64,000 nt of DNA from Ophelia neglecta. Lineage: Eukaryota. A program made the translations under genes and the position numbers. Positions 39,701 to 53,800 of this stretch are shown here, piece after piece; position 1 is the stretch's first letter; the number at the start of each line of letters is the position of its first letter. The notes beneath the pieces are model-generated. The model was not told where the DNA came from. It worked only from the letters and a program-made list of their open reading frames with translations, and did not search any database. Location of the stretch: NCBI GenBank assembly GCA_965285935.1, contig OZ260666.1:66836001-66900000 (forward strand), given 5' to 3'.

Positions 39701-42700
39701 ATAACTACAAATTGATGAAATTGTGTTTGCGAACATTTTCGATCGACGATTCAGTCATTTGTTAATAGGGAAAGTCATTTGTCGGAAGGGTGACAGACCA
39801 CCTGGAGTTAATCGATTTGTTCCTATTGTGGTCATTAAAACATCTTTCCGAGGAACTGATTAACATCACTGACAAGTGGCTCATTAAAACCACTCTTCAT
39901 TCTGAATGTTAGATAGAATAGTCGTAACTGAGTAACCGTGATCTCTTTGGTCAGACTAAGGATGCCTTGATATTGTTTAGGACTGTATTAACTATTGGTA
40001 TCAGTAGCACTAAGCAGGAATCCGCCATGTTTGAATCCGCCTGATATACCCCTAATTGGCTAATACGTTCCCGCACCTGATACCACAGAATGGTTGTAGC
40101 CATTGTTTTTCAAGAGAAATGATGTTCGATAGACTACCAGTATAGGTATCCATGCAGGCTATTCTTCTTGATGCAAGGGGCATATTTCCTACTGATTAAA
40201 TATGATCAGCTTTTATAATTGTCCCTGCTAATGCCATATATCCACAATATATAGTTTCTATTCCACAGGTCCCCTTCTAAGGAATATTAAATGTTATATC
40301 TGTTCAGTATTTAAACAATTGCTTAAATCTACATCTAAATCAGACAGCATCAGAATGCTTATAGTAGAATACGCATTTAACCTACCAGATTTAGGTGTAA
40401 AAGAGATGTGTAGACCTTGCCAAATTGAACCAAACCGCATCAAATCATCAAAGCAATGAACTAGCAGGGAATATAAATTGTCAGTATCCAATTTCACATT
40501 AATCAATTAGATGGATAGTGGAAAAGAACTTTTCTATTGTCAGGCAAATTTCACCTCCCATTCAATAACTCCGAAGAGTATAAAAACAAGTCAAATAACA
40601 AACTACAAGGCAAAATTCAAATGAAAATGCCAGAACAGACCATTGATCTCTTGTATATGCGTTTCAAATTTGAATACGAACAGCTGTTTCACGCATGGCT
40701 CGGCACGCAAAGAGGGAAGAAGCCGTCGCTGATGGAATTGTTCCTATTATATGAGAGGTTAAGATTGAACAAAAATATATATTATAGAATGAATGATATT
40801 TTTACTTCGAATGATTCGAAGTATCTTTCACTGTCAGCTTCTTGGTGCTGTATGCAGACTGTGTCCGTAGTTTTCAATTTCAATTGGAATTGTTGGTTAC
40901 ATTTTCAAAACAACTCATATTAGGCACATGTATCAGTCTGCATGCTCTTCGATTTATTGAGAATGGGGACATTTGCCGTGCTTTTCGTGCACTGCTTAGA
41001 GAGACTAGAGCTTCAGTGGCTGAATTGCATATATGTATGACATATAATGAGTATGCTTCCGCCACCGGAACTAAGACTTTAGTCCTTGTTGACATCTTTT
41101 GAAGCATAAAGGACACTTAACAAATAGTCTGACACTTAAGGATCAACGTATTTCTCTTAAAAAATTAAACAAATAATAGAAAACGCTTCCACTTCCCAAT
41201 TGTTACCAACCGTCGATACAATGAGATGATTATATGATAAGGTTTTTTTCTCCAGGTAAATATATATCGTCTTTGTTATTCGTAAGTTGCCAAGCCAGAA
41301 AGCTCTTTATCAATAACAAGAATCGAACCAAGGCTAGTGTTTTTCTAAAACTAGACTTGTATTATTGGAATTATGTTCATAGACGAATCAACTAGATATT
41401 GAGAATGGTTGGATATTAGTCGTTTTTAAATGCATACCTTTATATGAGTAACGTTTTTAAACAGCCAGTGTAGTTAGTTGGCAAACAGTGATACACTATT
41501 AGCAATATATAGATTTTAAGGCGATATCCCTACGACATATCCATGTACCTAAAATAAAGGTATCATTAATGACACACCAAGCGAGGTTGATTCAGTTTTT
41601 AATGACGTAAGTTTGGTCCAGAATTAACTATGTGGTCTTAAGAAGCGTTATTTTTGTCAATATTGCCAACGTGAGTTAGAACTAGCAGCTCTATCAAATT
41701 ACAGCTTCTTCCCCTCATACTTAATTCAGAAAGTCGGAGCTACAGGGCGTTACCAATGATGGATCCGAGATATTCATAGTGATAAGTAATGATTAATTCG
41801 AAATAAAAGCAGCCGGACACCGCCGTTATAGCATTTTGAGTGCCTGACATCGGCTACCCGGAAAGTAGTGATAACTAATAACACTCTTAATCTAAAATAA
41901 ATATGGAAAAGCTTTGTTGGCTCATTAATATATTGGTTAAGAAGTCTCCTGACCTAAAACAATAAGGTTATGCCCCACTCGTTGTAATCACATATCTTTT
42001 GGTAACACCTATAACACCTTGCAATGTATCATGAACCTATCGGCTACATGGGTCTCTAGTAATGACAATAGGAACATGTGTCTACTCCACTCCCTTATAA
42101 ATAAATTGCACCTATACTCCAGTTTTTGCCGGAACTATTGGGTCAAAGCTATTTCTCGTCACATTCTTGGCTAAAGATTGCAGTGAAAACATGGAATGGC
42201 AATAAACTAATATGCCACAATACCGTACACTAATCGTTTAAGTAGTCCTACCATTCATCACATATTTCATGCACTTCCACTATAATGATTGCTGTTTAAT
42301 CATCCAGTTGTCTGAATTGCATTAGGCACAAATGTTGACTACTTTTCATTTCAAGTTATATCATTTTTATATCTTCATTTATTTATTTTTACATTAAAAC
42401 TCTTTTCACTGTTTGGGTCTCGGGAATATATGTGTGAGGACCTATGGTTACTGGTCCCTTTTGATTACAGTTATTAGTGGTATATTCTAGATTTATGACT
42501 TTTGTTTTTGTTGCCAGGTATACACGCTGGTTTCTTAGGCGGATTATTAGGGCAGAAAAAATTGCTGGTGCAGGTTTTATCTTCTTAAGCAGACCTTGCT
42601 GCACTGAGGTAATTTGATAAACACATTTGGATCGGAAGCGATTAGTCATAGTTGCCAAGGGCAGGAAGCCTCTCTTCATAGTTGGCAGTTATTGCCCATT

Positions 42701-43846
42701 ACAAGGAACGAACGTGCTAACCGTCATAGGTATTTGCTAGGAATATTTTTAATGTGACTCCTTGCTTTAATCGTTCTGTGCGGAACAATAATATATCTAT
42801 CTTGATGGAATACGCAATTATGTTATTTGGAAATCTGACGGAAGCATAATTCCCAACTCCGAGGTACTTAGGAACATTAAACAATGAAACAGTATGTCCA
42901 CATCACAATTCCTATTCCATTAAATTGTACCACTAACATGAAATTTAAAAAATAAATCCATTGACATATCAAAAAAACTTATAAAGGCCGGTAATTATTA
43001 AGTATGAATTTAATTTTTTTTACATCAGTATGACCCCGATTACTAAAAGTAAGTCCGGCTTAGTGCAGAAAACACAATATAGTTCATGGCAGCAAATTAT
43101 ATGTTCCTATGTATATATTTGTTCAACATACATCGAAGTTATCTTATCGTATAGAAAACAATAAGGACCCTAGTTATGGCTATGCAGTGGTACTGGCCGC
43201 CCTTGGAGACACATAGAAATATAGACAATAAAATGTAATATTGGTATGTGTACATAGACCGATGTCAAAGCAAAAGTTTCAGAATCCATTTCAAATTTAG
43301 ATATACTTAATGCTAATCATGTTCAGTCCCTAGTGGTTCTTTGATATTAAAATACGTGCAGCCTCGGTTTCTTTCTTTCCTTGGTACGAACATAAACTAA
43401 ACATATTGGACAGGAAGGAAGGAGATGAAATATGCCCTTGGAGAGTGACTTGACCAGGAACCTCGACTATGACAGATGAAAATGATATGTAACCTACAGC
43501 TTACCAGTCTTTTTACAATGTGACATTACGTCTGAATGCTTCTCCCCAAACATTTATAAAATGATTTTATATGTCCTTTAAAGGACAATAACATGATGAA
43601 AAGTGAACCGGTCATGCTTTATTTGTGACTGAGGATGTCCATCCGCAGTACCCTATCAGTTATCAATATAAAGCAAACACCAATGGCCCCTGAATGGACA
43701 GAATTAATCACTTAAAGCCATTTCAACATTTTACTACGAAGGCTTAAACTTGAACCTAAACATAAACAGTGCAAAAGAGAGCAGCTAACTGCATTCCGAC
43801 TGTCTTTTAGCCTCATGTAATCCTTTCAAAGTTCTCACAAGATTGG

Positions 43847-43930
43847 ATTCTACTTTTGATAGTGAGATAAACCGCCATATTATTTGGTTATTCTACTTTT
43901 TATAGTGAGATAAACCGCCATATTCTTTGT
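43847..43930 (+). repeat. 43-bp tandem duplication (imperfect)
   Basis: ATTCTACTTTT(G/T)ATAGTGAGATAAACCGCCATATT at 43847 and 43890. Confidence 0.9.
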
Positions 43931-46900
43931 GTATGTGCTTAGAGTTTTATCTTAAATTCCCTAGCCGGGTCAGCAATATAGCCACCAGGGCTATTAGTCT
44001 CCAGTTCAAAGCAGACAGTAAATCACATCCAATGGCAAAGGCCACACGTCTCTGAGTATGCTAAGCACTTATTGCTATATTGTTATGCTGGAATTGAAAT
44101 TTTAATAGGGGAATCAAAATCTTCACTCCTGTCATAAACGCGTGAACTTCAACTATATGGATGTTTATTGAAATATACCACAAATTGAACAAACTACCTG
44201 CCTTTGGATGGATTTAGTTAAAACACAATGTTTATATTTTAAGGAAAATATATCACCTATGTTCCGAAATGCGGCCGATTGCAAAATGTTAAAAAATAAG
44301 GCGAATACATGGGCTTTCCGACCATATGCTACATTAAGAGGTTAACATTTGTGACCATGGTAACTTGGGTTGTGTATAGGTCTTAGGCTTGAAATTTACC
44401 ATTTTTCACTTAAATCCTCAATATTTTTGTCCGATCAATGTTACGCGTCATCTTAAACATTATTGTTACTGTTTGATGGTGGAAAGTAATCCTAAGGTGC
44501 TTAATAAGGCGGCAGGTGGTCTTGTTTTATTTCACGAAGGGAACTGCTAACAGCTAATACATACTGAGTATAAGAGATTAGTGAACGCAATATAATAAGA
44601 ATAGACTGGGATGCAACTTATTGTATTATTTTTAGTTTAAACAGTTAGTTATAAAGCATAAGACTACGTCGAGACGAATAAGGGGCCAAGTAGGATTACT
44701 TGAAAGTTGGTTGTATTTTTGTATCCATGTCATTTCCGTGTAAAAAATGTAATTATTGTCTAGCCATGTTTTCCAATGGTTTGTAGCATGATGACGAGTC
44801 AATGCCTAATTGAGTCTCATGAGGCATTAACAGGCAAAAGCGCTCCATTTTCAAGGGTATGGCTAATTGTTTCCAACGAAGAGTTCGTCACTAGCATACA
44901 TTCAAATGTTTCACGAATATAGAGTCCTGATAAGAGGGGAATCTTGGAGTAAATTCCACTTTGAAAAGCTAGGGAAAATAATAGAGCACAATCAACGGTC
45001 GGGAGTGTGCCGGCAATGGTGAAATATATATTAAAGGTCCGAGATATTTTTGGCTCATATTAGTCACCCTTTCTGTGACCTTTGCTACATGTTAAACATA
45101 TCAATCTTTGTTATACGTAGCTTCATTTATCAGAAAACGAATATCAGCTTTAGGGGTCTGACCTTATTACATGGTTGAGTCATACTGTCTGCTCAATTTG
45201 GTGTGCCATTGCAGCATAAAGCTTGTTTAACATGTTTATGTTTAACATGGCTAGTAACATAAAACGGAAACAACACAAAAGTAGACGCTCCCCATTGTTA
45301 AGCGAGTACGCACTCTACACATTAAAGAATTTGACAAGGCATTTCACGCATTGAGCACGTTTTTGGGAATTGTAAAATGTGGAGCATATTTGCTAATATC
45401 GGGTCACATTTGGGTAGAATTTTAGACTTGTTTGGCAATTAGTTTAGACAAAGTTTTTGAATGTCCAATTTTGAAGAGAAGTGGCATAAATCTAGATTAA
45501 ATAGGGCATCTTGGAGGCAAAACAAGTCATGTACATATACTCTGCGACTACAATATTTTGCAAACGTAGGCTTTGAAAATAATTATCGATACATATCATA
45601 CATGTTTGTCTCATTCCTCCTCACAGGGGAATACAGACAAAGCCGCTATGAATACAAAATAATAAGACAATTAAGGTAAAAAAGGATGTTAACGTGAAAC
45701 GTGAAAAAAAGTTCTGATATACCCACACTGAAGTTCAATCAGAGCAATGATGGGCATCTTGTATTGGTCCTTCAATTACCTTCATAATATTGTAGTTTGA
45801 TTTAGAGTTAATTCGATATACCAATGCATAGTTCTGTTGATACTAACTTTAAAACTATCCGTAGAACGTTTATAACCCCCCCCCCCTCCCCCCCCCCACA
45901 GAACACGCCTGAAAAGTTTACATAAATGATATTATTGGAACTCATTTACTAAGACATGACTTTAGAGTGGAGAACTTCAGGCGTAATGGCAAATAAGATC
46001 AGTGTACAAGCACCGTGCTACCCATCGATTTTATTAACCTTTCCTACGGCTTGGTCTTTATTCCATGTGAACTCCCAGACATGTTCCTAATCTATTACAT
46101 AGTTTCCTTTAACTTTCTTCGATGTCTGAGAATGAAATCCGCAAAACTATCTAGAGAACTCAGCATAGCTTTGATCAATAGTGCAATCTCCTGTTTTCTA
46201 GCCAAGCCAGCTTTTCACAGATTACACATATCCAGCCCAAGGCTAATGAATTCATGCAGTCAGCGATGGCATGGCGTTTTACTTCATTAGATCTTTAACT
46301 CGAGTGGTGTGCATTTCCATTTTACAAGAAAAGGGTGGACTGACTTAAACCTACCTAAGCGCACCAGAGGTCTGGCTACGTTACGACCCTTTGTCAAGTT
46401 TATTCGGTCGACACTAAGCCATTGTTTGGCCAAGCACCGCATGTCATTTTATTTATAAAGAGCAATATATAATAGTAAAAGCCACTTACAGGGTGTCACG
46501 GTCACGGAAAGTAGGCAGCGGGCTTTAATTGAACCAATCAGATTTGAATTAACAGTTATTTCTAACAGCCCATATTCAAAATAGGCCTCTTCATTATAAA
46601 ATCAGTGGTACACAGATAACGACAGGCTTTAATGTTTGAATACAGTGAATAGTACAGGTTAACTTCTTATCAAGCGAAAGTCAAAGAACAAGCATTACAA
46701 ACACAATTGAACACCATTCTAATACGCAACAAAAGGATTAAATACAGTTTTCGAGAAATGAATTAACTAGGCCTGCATAAAATAAACTGCTTTATAACAT
46801 CATATCCTAATTAAATCGATTAGTCTGTATAATCAGGCGTAGAAAACAGCAATTGTATTGAGTGAACTATCCAACGCCAATAACGGCGACTGCGCACTAC

Positions 46901-47746
46901 AAACGCGGAAATGGTTTTGTTGTGTAGGTTAAATTTCCCACCCTTGCAAAATCTTATGCGAAAAAATCAGCCTTACAGTGGACATACCCTAGCCTATTAG
47001 GTCATGTAATGTGGTTATTAAGTGTATCTATTTTGCGTGTGTCGTTCGCTAGCTCCAGTAGTTAAGCTAGTTTGGAACAGTGTCAGGCCGATTCACACAA
47101 TATGAATTCCAATATGAAAGAATATCGTTCCCCTGCTGATAAATGTGTACATTTATAACATAGGCAGTCAATAAGCCGCCAAATAAACGACGAAGACCAG
47201 CAATAAAATATATTGGATGCCAAAGCTTGGTCCACCATTCATTGACCTTCATTAATAACTTTAGTTTTCGAATGAAGAGGCAAATAATTCATCGATCGCG
47301 TTTAAGTTATCAAGTAAGCTAGAATTAATTACGGACAATAACCTAAACTGCTCTCGAGATTTAATAACACATTTTTCACAAGTGTGAATCCAGTAGCCAT
47401 AACCAGAGTGTGCCTTCCGAGGAAAGCATTAAATACATTCTTCTTTAATCAAATCCTATGACCATGCATTATTCAATATGCATTTTCGATATGTCAGGCA
47501 AAGCATGTCAGCCGTTCAGATTAGCATGACAATTAATAGGAAACCCATTTGGGTTGTCTTCGGCAAACCGTTAATAACGGCAAGGGTTGAAAGGGGTCAT
47601 CACCCCCAAAGCAACAGATACATCAATAAGGAATGATTGGTTTTGTTGGTTCTCAAAGGCTGTGAATGTTCCCATGGAAGATTCACAGCAGCAGTGAATT
47701 GAGTTAAGGATACATGGCTGACTAGCAGTAGCACTTGACTTAACGA

Positions 47747-47835
47747 GGGGGGGGGGGGGGGGTAAGCACCCAGCTGGCGCTACTGAGAGTGAAAACGAAT
47801 TATATCCTGCCAAAAATACCCCCCCCCCCCCCCCC
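47747..47835. repeat. G16-TA ... TA-C17 inverted repeat (mini-foldback)
   Basis: G run 47747-47762 followed by TA, then a short unique spacer, then TA followed by C run 47819-47835. Confidence 0.8.
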
Positions 47836-50800
47836 GATTATTCATCTGGCTTTCCACCATAGATGAAGCTCAAACAAATTACAAACATAATTACTCTCGC
47901 GATTAATAATTTAGCCTAAAGTATAATAATAATTGTAAGGGGAAGATAATCTTTGTTCCATTTAAATGGTTGTAGAAAATAAAATACGTCTGTGCTCAAC
48001 GACTGACCATTACAATATTCTAGTAGTGTTATAATTCATGGAAAATGGCAAGCAATTTGTTCGTAGATTGTCACGAGTAAACTATAGACAATACAGCACG
48101 GTGCCAAAAATGTGGAATCTAATTGTATCTTTTTTATTTATGAACTTACTACATCTGCCCTTTCGCTTGCTTTGCAACGAAAACTATATGCTACGTGATT
48201 GACGATTCGGCCGACTGCTGACAAGTACGTAAAACACTTTCGGGTTACATATACAGGCAATATAATGAACGAGAAGCACGAGATGCAAGGGTAACATTGC
48301 ACACAACGTAATATGATTAAAATGTAATGTTATTCTATACATGGGCATCTACCCGTTTTCCTGCAGTTAATTAAACCCGAACTTAAAGATTTATTTGTCA
48401 AAGAACACGTGCGAACACTATTTTTCACCGGCGAAGATTCATCATGTTGATGTCTCTTTGAAGATGATAATCAATAAGGTTATTTCCTATTTGAAATTTT
48501 TGCTACCATCGGTCACCAGAACTGGACCAAACAATACATTCATAGCTGTTTCCCAATCACTGGCGCTTAACATAGCCAGATAAATTCACCACATGATACA
48601 TGGCACCCCATTTAGATGAGAAAAAAAGGATGCCAGTCCTGGTAAAATCAAATTGAGTGGGTGATAAGAATATATGCCTCATAGAGTCTACTAGTCGACT
48701 CTATTAATGGTTTACAAATCGAAAGTTGCTGTAAAGCTTAACGGTTAATTAGCATAATACTGATACAAAGGGGGGATTGTTGCTCATTGACAGCATTTAG
48801 TGTGATTTGATCTCCAGGCTTGATTGATTACTTGGCTGCTATATTCAACACCGGAACTTTGGTCATTTAAGGGAGATAAAGAAAAAAGGAAAATCGGATG
48901 ACGTTGCTTAATTTAGCTACCAAATGATGTCAATTAAAGCCATCCTTAGGTGACAAAACACGGATGACTCAGGACATATGTTGGATATGTAAAACCCATC
49001 TACAGGGCTATAATTAGTTGGTCAATCCAACTCTTTTCGTGTTTTTATGCTATACACACACGATCTACAGAATACTTTATTCCCATCGAAATTATCACGT
49101 GAAACCCTTCTTTTTCATAACATTAGCATAACAATTGCAATGCTGCTTCCTCTAACGGTGTAAGCAAAACGTTAACTAGCTAATCGGCCGGATGAGACAG
49201 AATCTGATTTATATAGAAACTGTCAAACTTTGAGTTCACCTGGTACTATAAAGCTTGGGTCATTTGTCCTAAAAATTCCCTAACATAACATATTGAAAGT
49301 TATTGATTTTCAGTATCCGGACAATGCGATAAGCATATATTAGCATTTGGGGTACCATAAATGATCATGCCAAATACGCCTTCTGTGGATCAGTCACATA
49401 TGTACAATATACTATATAATCACCCCATAAAAATGGAAATAATGCCATTATTTAAACAATGTTGTATATATTATTGGTCTAATATTTCAGCTCCGAATAT
49501 ATTCAATTATATTTACTCATATAACACTTACTTTAGTGTTACCGTAGAAATTTGCACATAACACCACGTTGTAAACCGTTAGAATCTCTTCATTGGGGTA
49601 TTTGGGTATTTTGGGCTACGCGGTGGAATTATTCTTATTGCCAAGATTTTTTCTCTGTGTTTAAGGCCTAAGCTCAGTGTGCGGACTTTATCTGGAGGGA
49701 TTGCCCGTGGCTTAAAATTATGGGCCATGCAGTGCTTGAATTCGCCCCATTTAAAGATACTTTGTTTATATTAGGCGGCCATGATTTTCGTATTCGGTAT
49801 TGTTCCGCAACACATTAGATTAGTGGTAACTTTAAGACATGTGCCAAATTGTATATTGTACTTTTGCATTCCGCATTAATACAAAATTGTCATGTTGTTT
49901 TTAATACACCTGCAAACAGTGGAAGGGAATATATAAACATTTATAAACAAATCCAAGCAATTAAACAAAAAATCTATAGAATGTATAGCTGAAATAAGAG
50001 AACTTTGAAAAGATTTAATGTGATAAAAATACCAATAAAGCTGTGGAGATCTCAACATTACCGGAAAAACATGTTCGAGTCATAAAATATTCAATTACTC
50101 GCTTCAAACAAACCTTTGCGTACATCTTCTGTCAATGCCAAGACAATATGTACCATGCCAAAAAAGAACTAATGGAACGCATACATGAATCTGACGACAG
50201 GTGCTAGTTGCTGATGGATCGGTAGTCTGCGAACTTTAAGTTCACATGGCAGATTGTTCACAAGCTTTTGTGTTCCCTTGTTACCTGTGCAAACGTTGAC
50301 ACTGGTCGACATTGCTGGTGGTTATTTGGCTCCTTTACAATGAACTGAAAAATCTCCAAATTCAGTGTATCAATAAATTAAAAGATCAAAACTAGAAAAG
50401 TGAGTCAAATCAAGGATTGCCCTGAACTATTTGGAGATGAACGAACAGTCGAACACCCCCAATTAAAGGTATCACTACCTCAACAGGGCCGCAAGTTATC
50501 GCGCGTTTGAAACATCCTTGGTATTGAGACAAAAGGCGTCGAATTTTTATGTGCTCTGTACAGCTGATAACTGGACCTTTCACTATAAGTCAGAGCAATA
50601 TAGATATTGATAGTGATAAATATAGATAAATCAATAGAGCCATTTCCAACAATCTTTGAAATGCATTTTATACAGTTATTTTACAATGGCTTTGAAAATA
50701 TTGTTTATTATTGATAAACACAAATGTATTGATAATAGCCAATAATCGTTAAAGGTTGCCCAATTGGTAATAGCTCTATGAATAACCCAGTTACATGTTT

Positions 50801-53800
50801 GTGGTGGGAACTAGTAGTCAATGCGCTTATAATGAATTTTTTTTTACAAAACTTGTCTTATTGGTTTTACACTTGATGGCCTCTTTTTGCAACGGTTCTT
50901 TCTCCTTAATTCTGTTTTGGACTGTCAGACCAGACACAGACCGTAAGCATTCTGGATGCCTTCGGGTTCACGTTGATGTTCAACTATTCGACACACACCG
51001 AAGCAGCCGGAAGCGGCAGTAACAGGCTGTTGCCTGCTTAAAATTGGCTCCAGAGGAAACGGAGATTACTTCCAACTCACTTCACATAAACCAAAGCATC
51101 ATATAGGATTGATAATAGTCTATGAAGGTACACAAATAAGGGTAAGGTTGTTCGGGTTTACAGCAGCTATGGAATTGAGTGAAAAAGGATTACTGCATGG
51201 CTTCTTTTGCACTTTATAGAATTGAACATCTTTCAATTGTGATTTGGTATGTTCTGGTTAGATGCATGTGATGCTGCGCCCGGTTTCTTCATTACTTCGG
51301 TCCGATAAATCGAAACTTCTAAATTAATGATTAGAACTCCTATGTTTAATAACTGATGTTCCGTTGCACCTAGATCAAATTCCGGTAGATTTTTGCACAA
51401 TTATTGGTTTAAATTCGTCATTTTACCAATCGACGATAGATTAAATTGGTTGTTTTCTGCCGCGATTTGACCATTGGTCGAAATTACCTTATTAATGGGC
51501 AATAAACCACGATGTTGACTCCTTCTGAATATTTTACTTTGAGGCCCGAGTGTGATCCATAGCAAACATCGATCTATGTTTTATTTACATTGGATTGAAC
51601 GCAAGACGCGTCCTTCTCGTTGATATTTTCCAGATTATTCGCGCGACCTTAATGTTTTACTCTAAAAAAAACCGCTTTGATGTAATTATAAATTAAAGAA
51701 GCTTCAATCAGCCCCTCCCTCTCCCTCCAACCCCGACAGGCACCCAAGGCACCAGGCTAGCATACTACTTGCAATTATAACTATCAAAATAGGCTATATT
51801 CAAGCAGATAGAGATTTGTTCTAGAATTGCTTGTCTATAAATTTGATACTCAAGTATGAGGTATGTAGAACCGGTCGATTATTAAATTGGATATACAATT
51901 CATACGTCGTTGAAATTTAGATCATCACGTTTTAATATTATCCAGATAGGTGTTGTTTTTATGGGGCGTTATAACCTGGGCAATGGCACCAACAGTTCTG
52001 TTGTATGGTTTTAGATAAGAAATTATTTAATAGACATGTTTTGGTTTGACGATCAATCAAACTGAATAATTAATGTCAAATGTATCCGCTATGAATACTA
52101 TTCGGATTTAATGAGACGCCCAATTGATTGATGACAAGAGGCGAAGGCTACCGACTGACTTCCTTTAATTATCATCTCATTCCTCCCAAAAGCGTTTTGT
52201 CTTAAGGATGTTTATTTCGGACTCTATTGTTGAACTTAATTACATACAATTCGATAAACAATTGAACCTGCATAAGAACGACATATATGCGACATATCTA
52301 ACATGTAAGTGTACTTTTGATATTGACTCTAACTTGATCATTAAATGTTAGACATGCATATCAAGAGCTTTATCTAAAGATGGTTCATAAGTATGCTAAG
52401 ATCTGTTACTGACGGCAATGCTCGCCATCAACCAGGGGAGAATATTAAATAATGTTAAACGGGAGAACTTTATATGTAGAGGTGGAATTTACTTAACCGT
52501 TCTGGGCTTACTCGTTCAGAATGCAATATAGCACTGACAGTTAAACAGAGCAGCCAATGTCAGGATGAAAACATGAGCATGACTCTTAAAAACAGAGTAG
52601 ATTGCCTACACGCATGGAAAGGCCAGATAGCATATAGTCGGTAAGGCGTCCTGTTTGATAAGCGTTCGAAACTGTTTTCGATAAAAATAGCGCAAGGATA
52701 TATGAAATCGGTGTATGTCAACCATCCTATACATAAATAACGACTAGATAACGATTGCACATTGCATATTATTTAAACGTAAGTCGAATGCTTTAAAAGC
52801 ATATATCATCATTTTATTTCTATTATGGAAATTGTTGGAAATTTAAGGACGGTGGGAAAGTCCGAGTTGTAGGAGCTCAAATGATTAAGAAGGCGCATCT
52901 AGGTATGCCTAGTATCTTGAACAAAATATATCAAATTCATCATTATAAATTGTGCGATTTATTCTCCCTCAATTCAATTTATTTTGTATATTATTATAGA
53001 TAGAAATACAGTATTGCGATATAGCGAATTGTAGTAAATACGAATTTACAACTAAATCTCTAAACCGTAACCATATACATGTACTTTGCTATCGGAATTC
53101 TCATATCAATAGAATTACCTCATGTATACATCAACCAAACGACATATCTATGCCTGGAATCCTCCAATCTTAATGAAATTGCCCATTGAGTATATTAATG
53201 ACATTTAGATTAACTGGGTAGACTTCATAGCACACTTTAGACAATCTTTAGTGATAAAATGTCCCATTCGGTATGATTTGGTACTGTTACTGACAGAGGT
53301 TCCTCGCTTACTATGCAAATCAGACCAACAGGCGATATGATATTGAAGCAATCAGTTGGCTATAACGGCGGAATATAATACGTACATACTGGTTGGCAAA
53401 CTATGTATGTCGAAATCTGACCAATTCAGTTGAAGGGGATGTTAATATGACGAGCTATACTTGAATACTAAAAAATATCATAAACAAAAGAAGCACATTG
53501 TGGAGATGCATAATTACACTTACTTGAAGCTCATTCAGCTTCTTAAACCGATTGGTAATGTGCTAATAATGATTATGTAGTCCCTTAGAAATTTGGGGCT
53601 GCGAACCTAGTCAAGATGGAGAATTATCAACATCAGATCCCTCATCTGAGTTGTAAGATCCCGGCGTTGATTTCAGACGTCACGAGCATGTAATAGCTAA
53701 ATATTGTACATTCCCCTGCCATCACTTAACGAGGGCGGAATATCATAGTAATTTCATAGTTGTTCACATGAATATCTCCTAACCAAATCTTGTATCGAGC

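Noticed and set aside
42389-42679. Minus-strand 96-aa ORF or LINE 3' end (NYEERLPAL..., RLRNQRVY)
   Set aside because: Only a faint resemblance to CR1/L2 C-termini, spread across different frames. Too weak to call.
45240-45257. Exact 18-mer GTTTAACATGGCTAGTAA shared with 9940-9957
   Set aside because: The flanks do not align. A single match of this length is compatible with chance or an old repeat fragment.
49185-49230. Hammerhead-ribozyme-like CGGATGAG...GAAAC
   Set aside because: The core deviates from CTGANGA and stem II does not pair convincingly.
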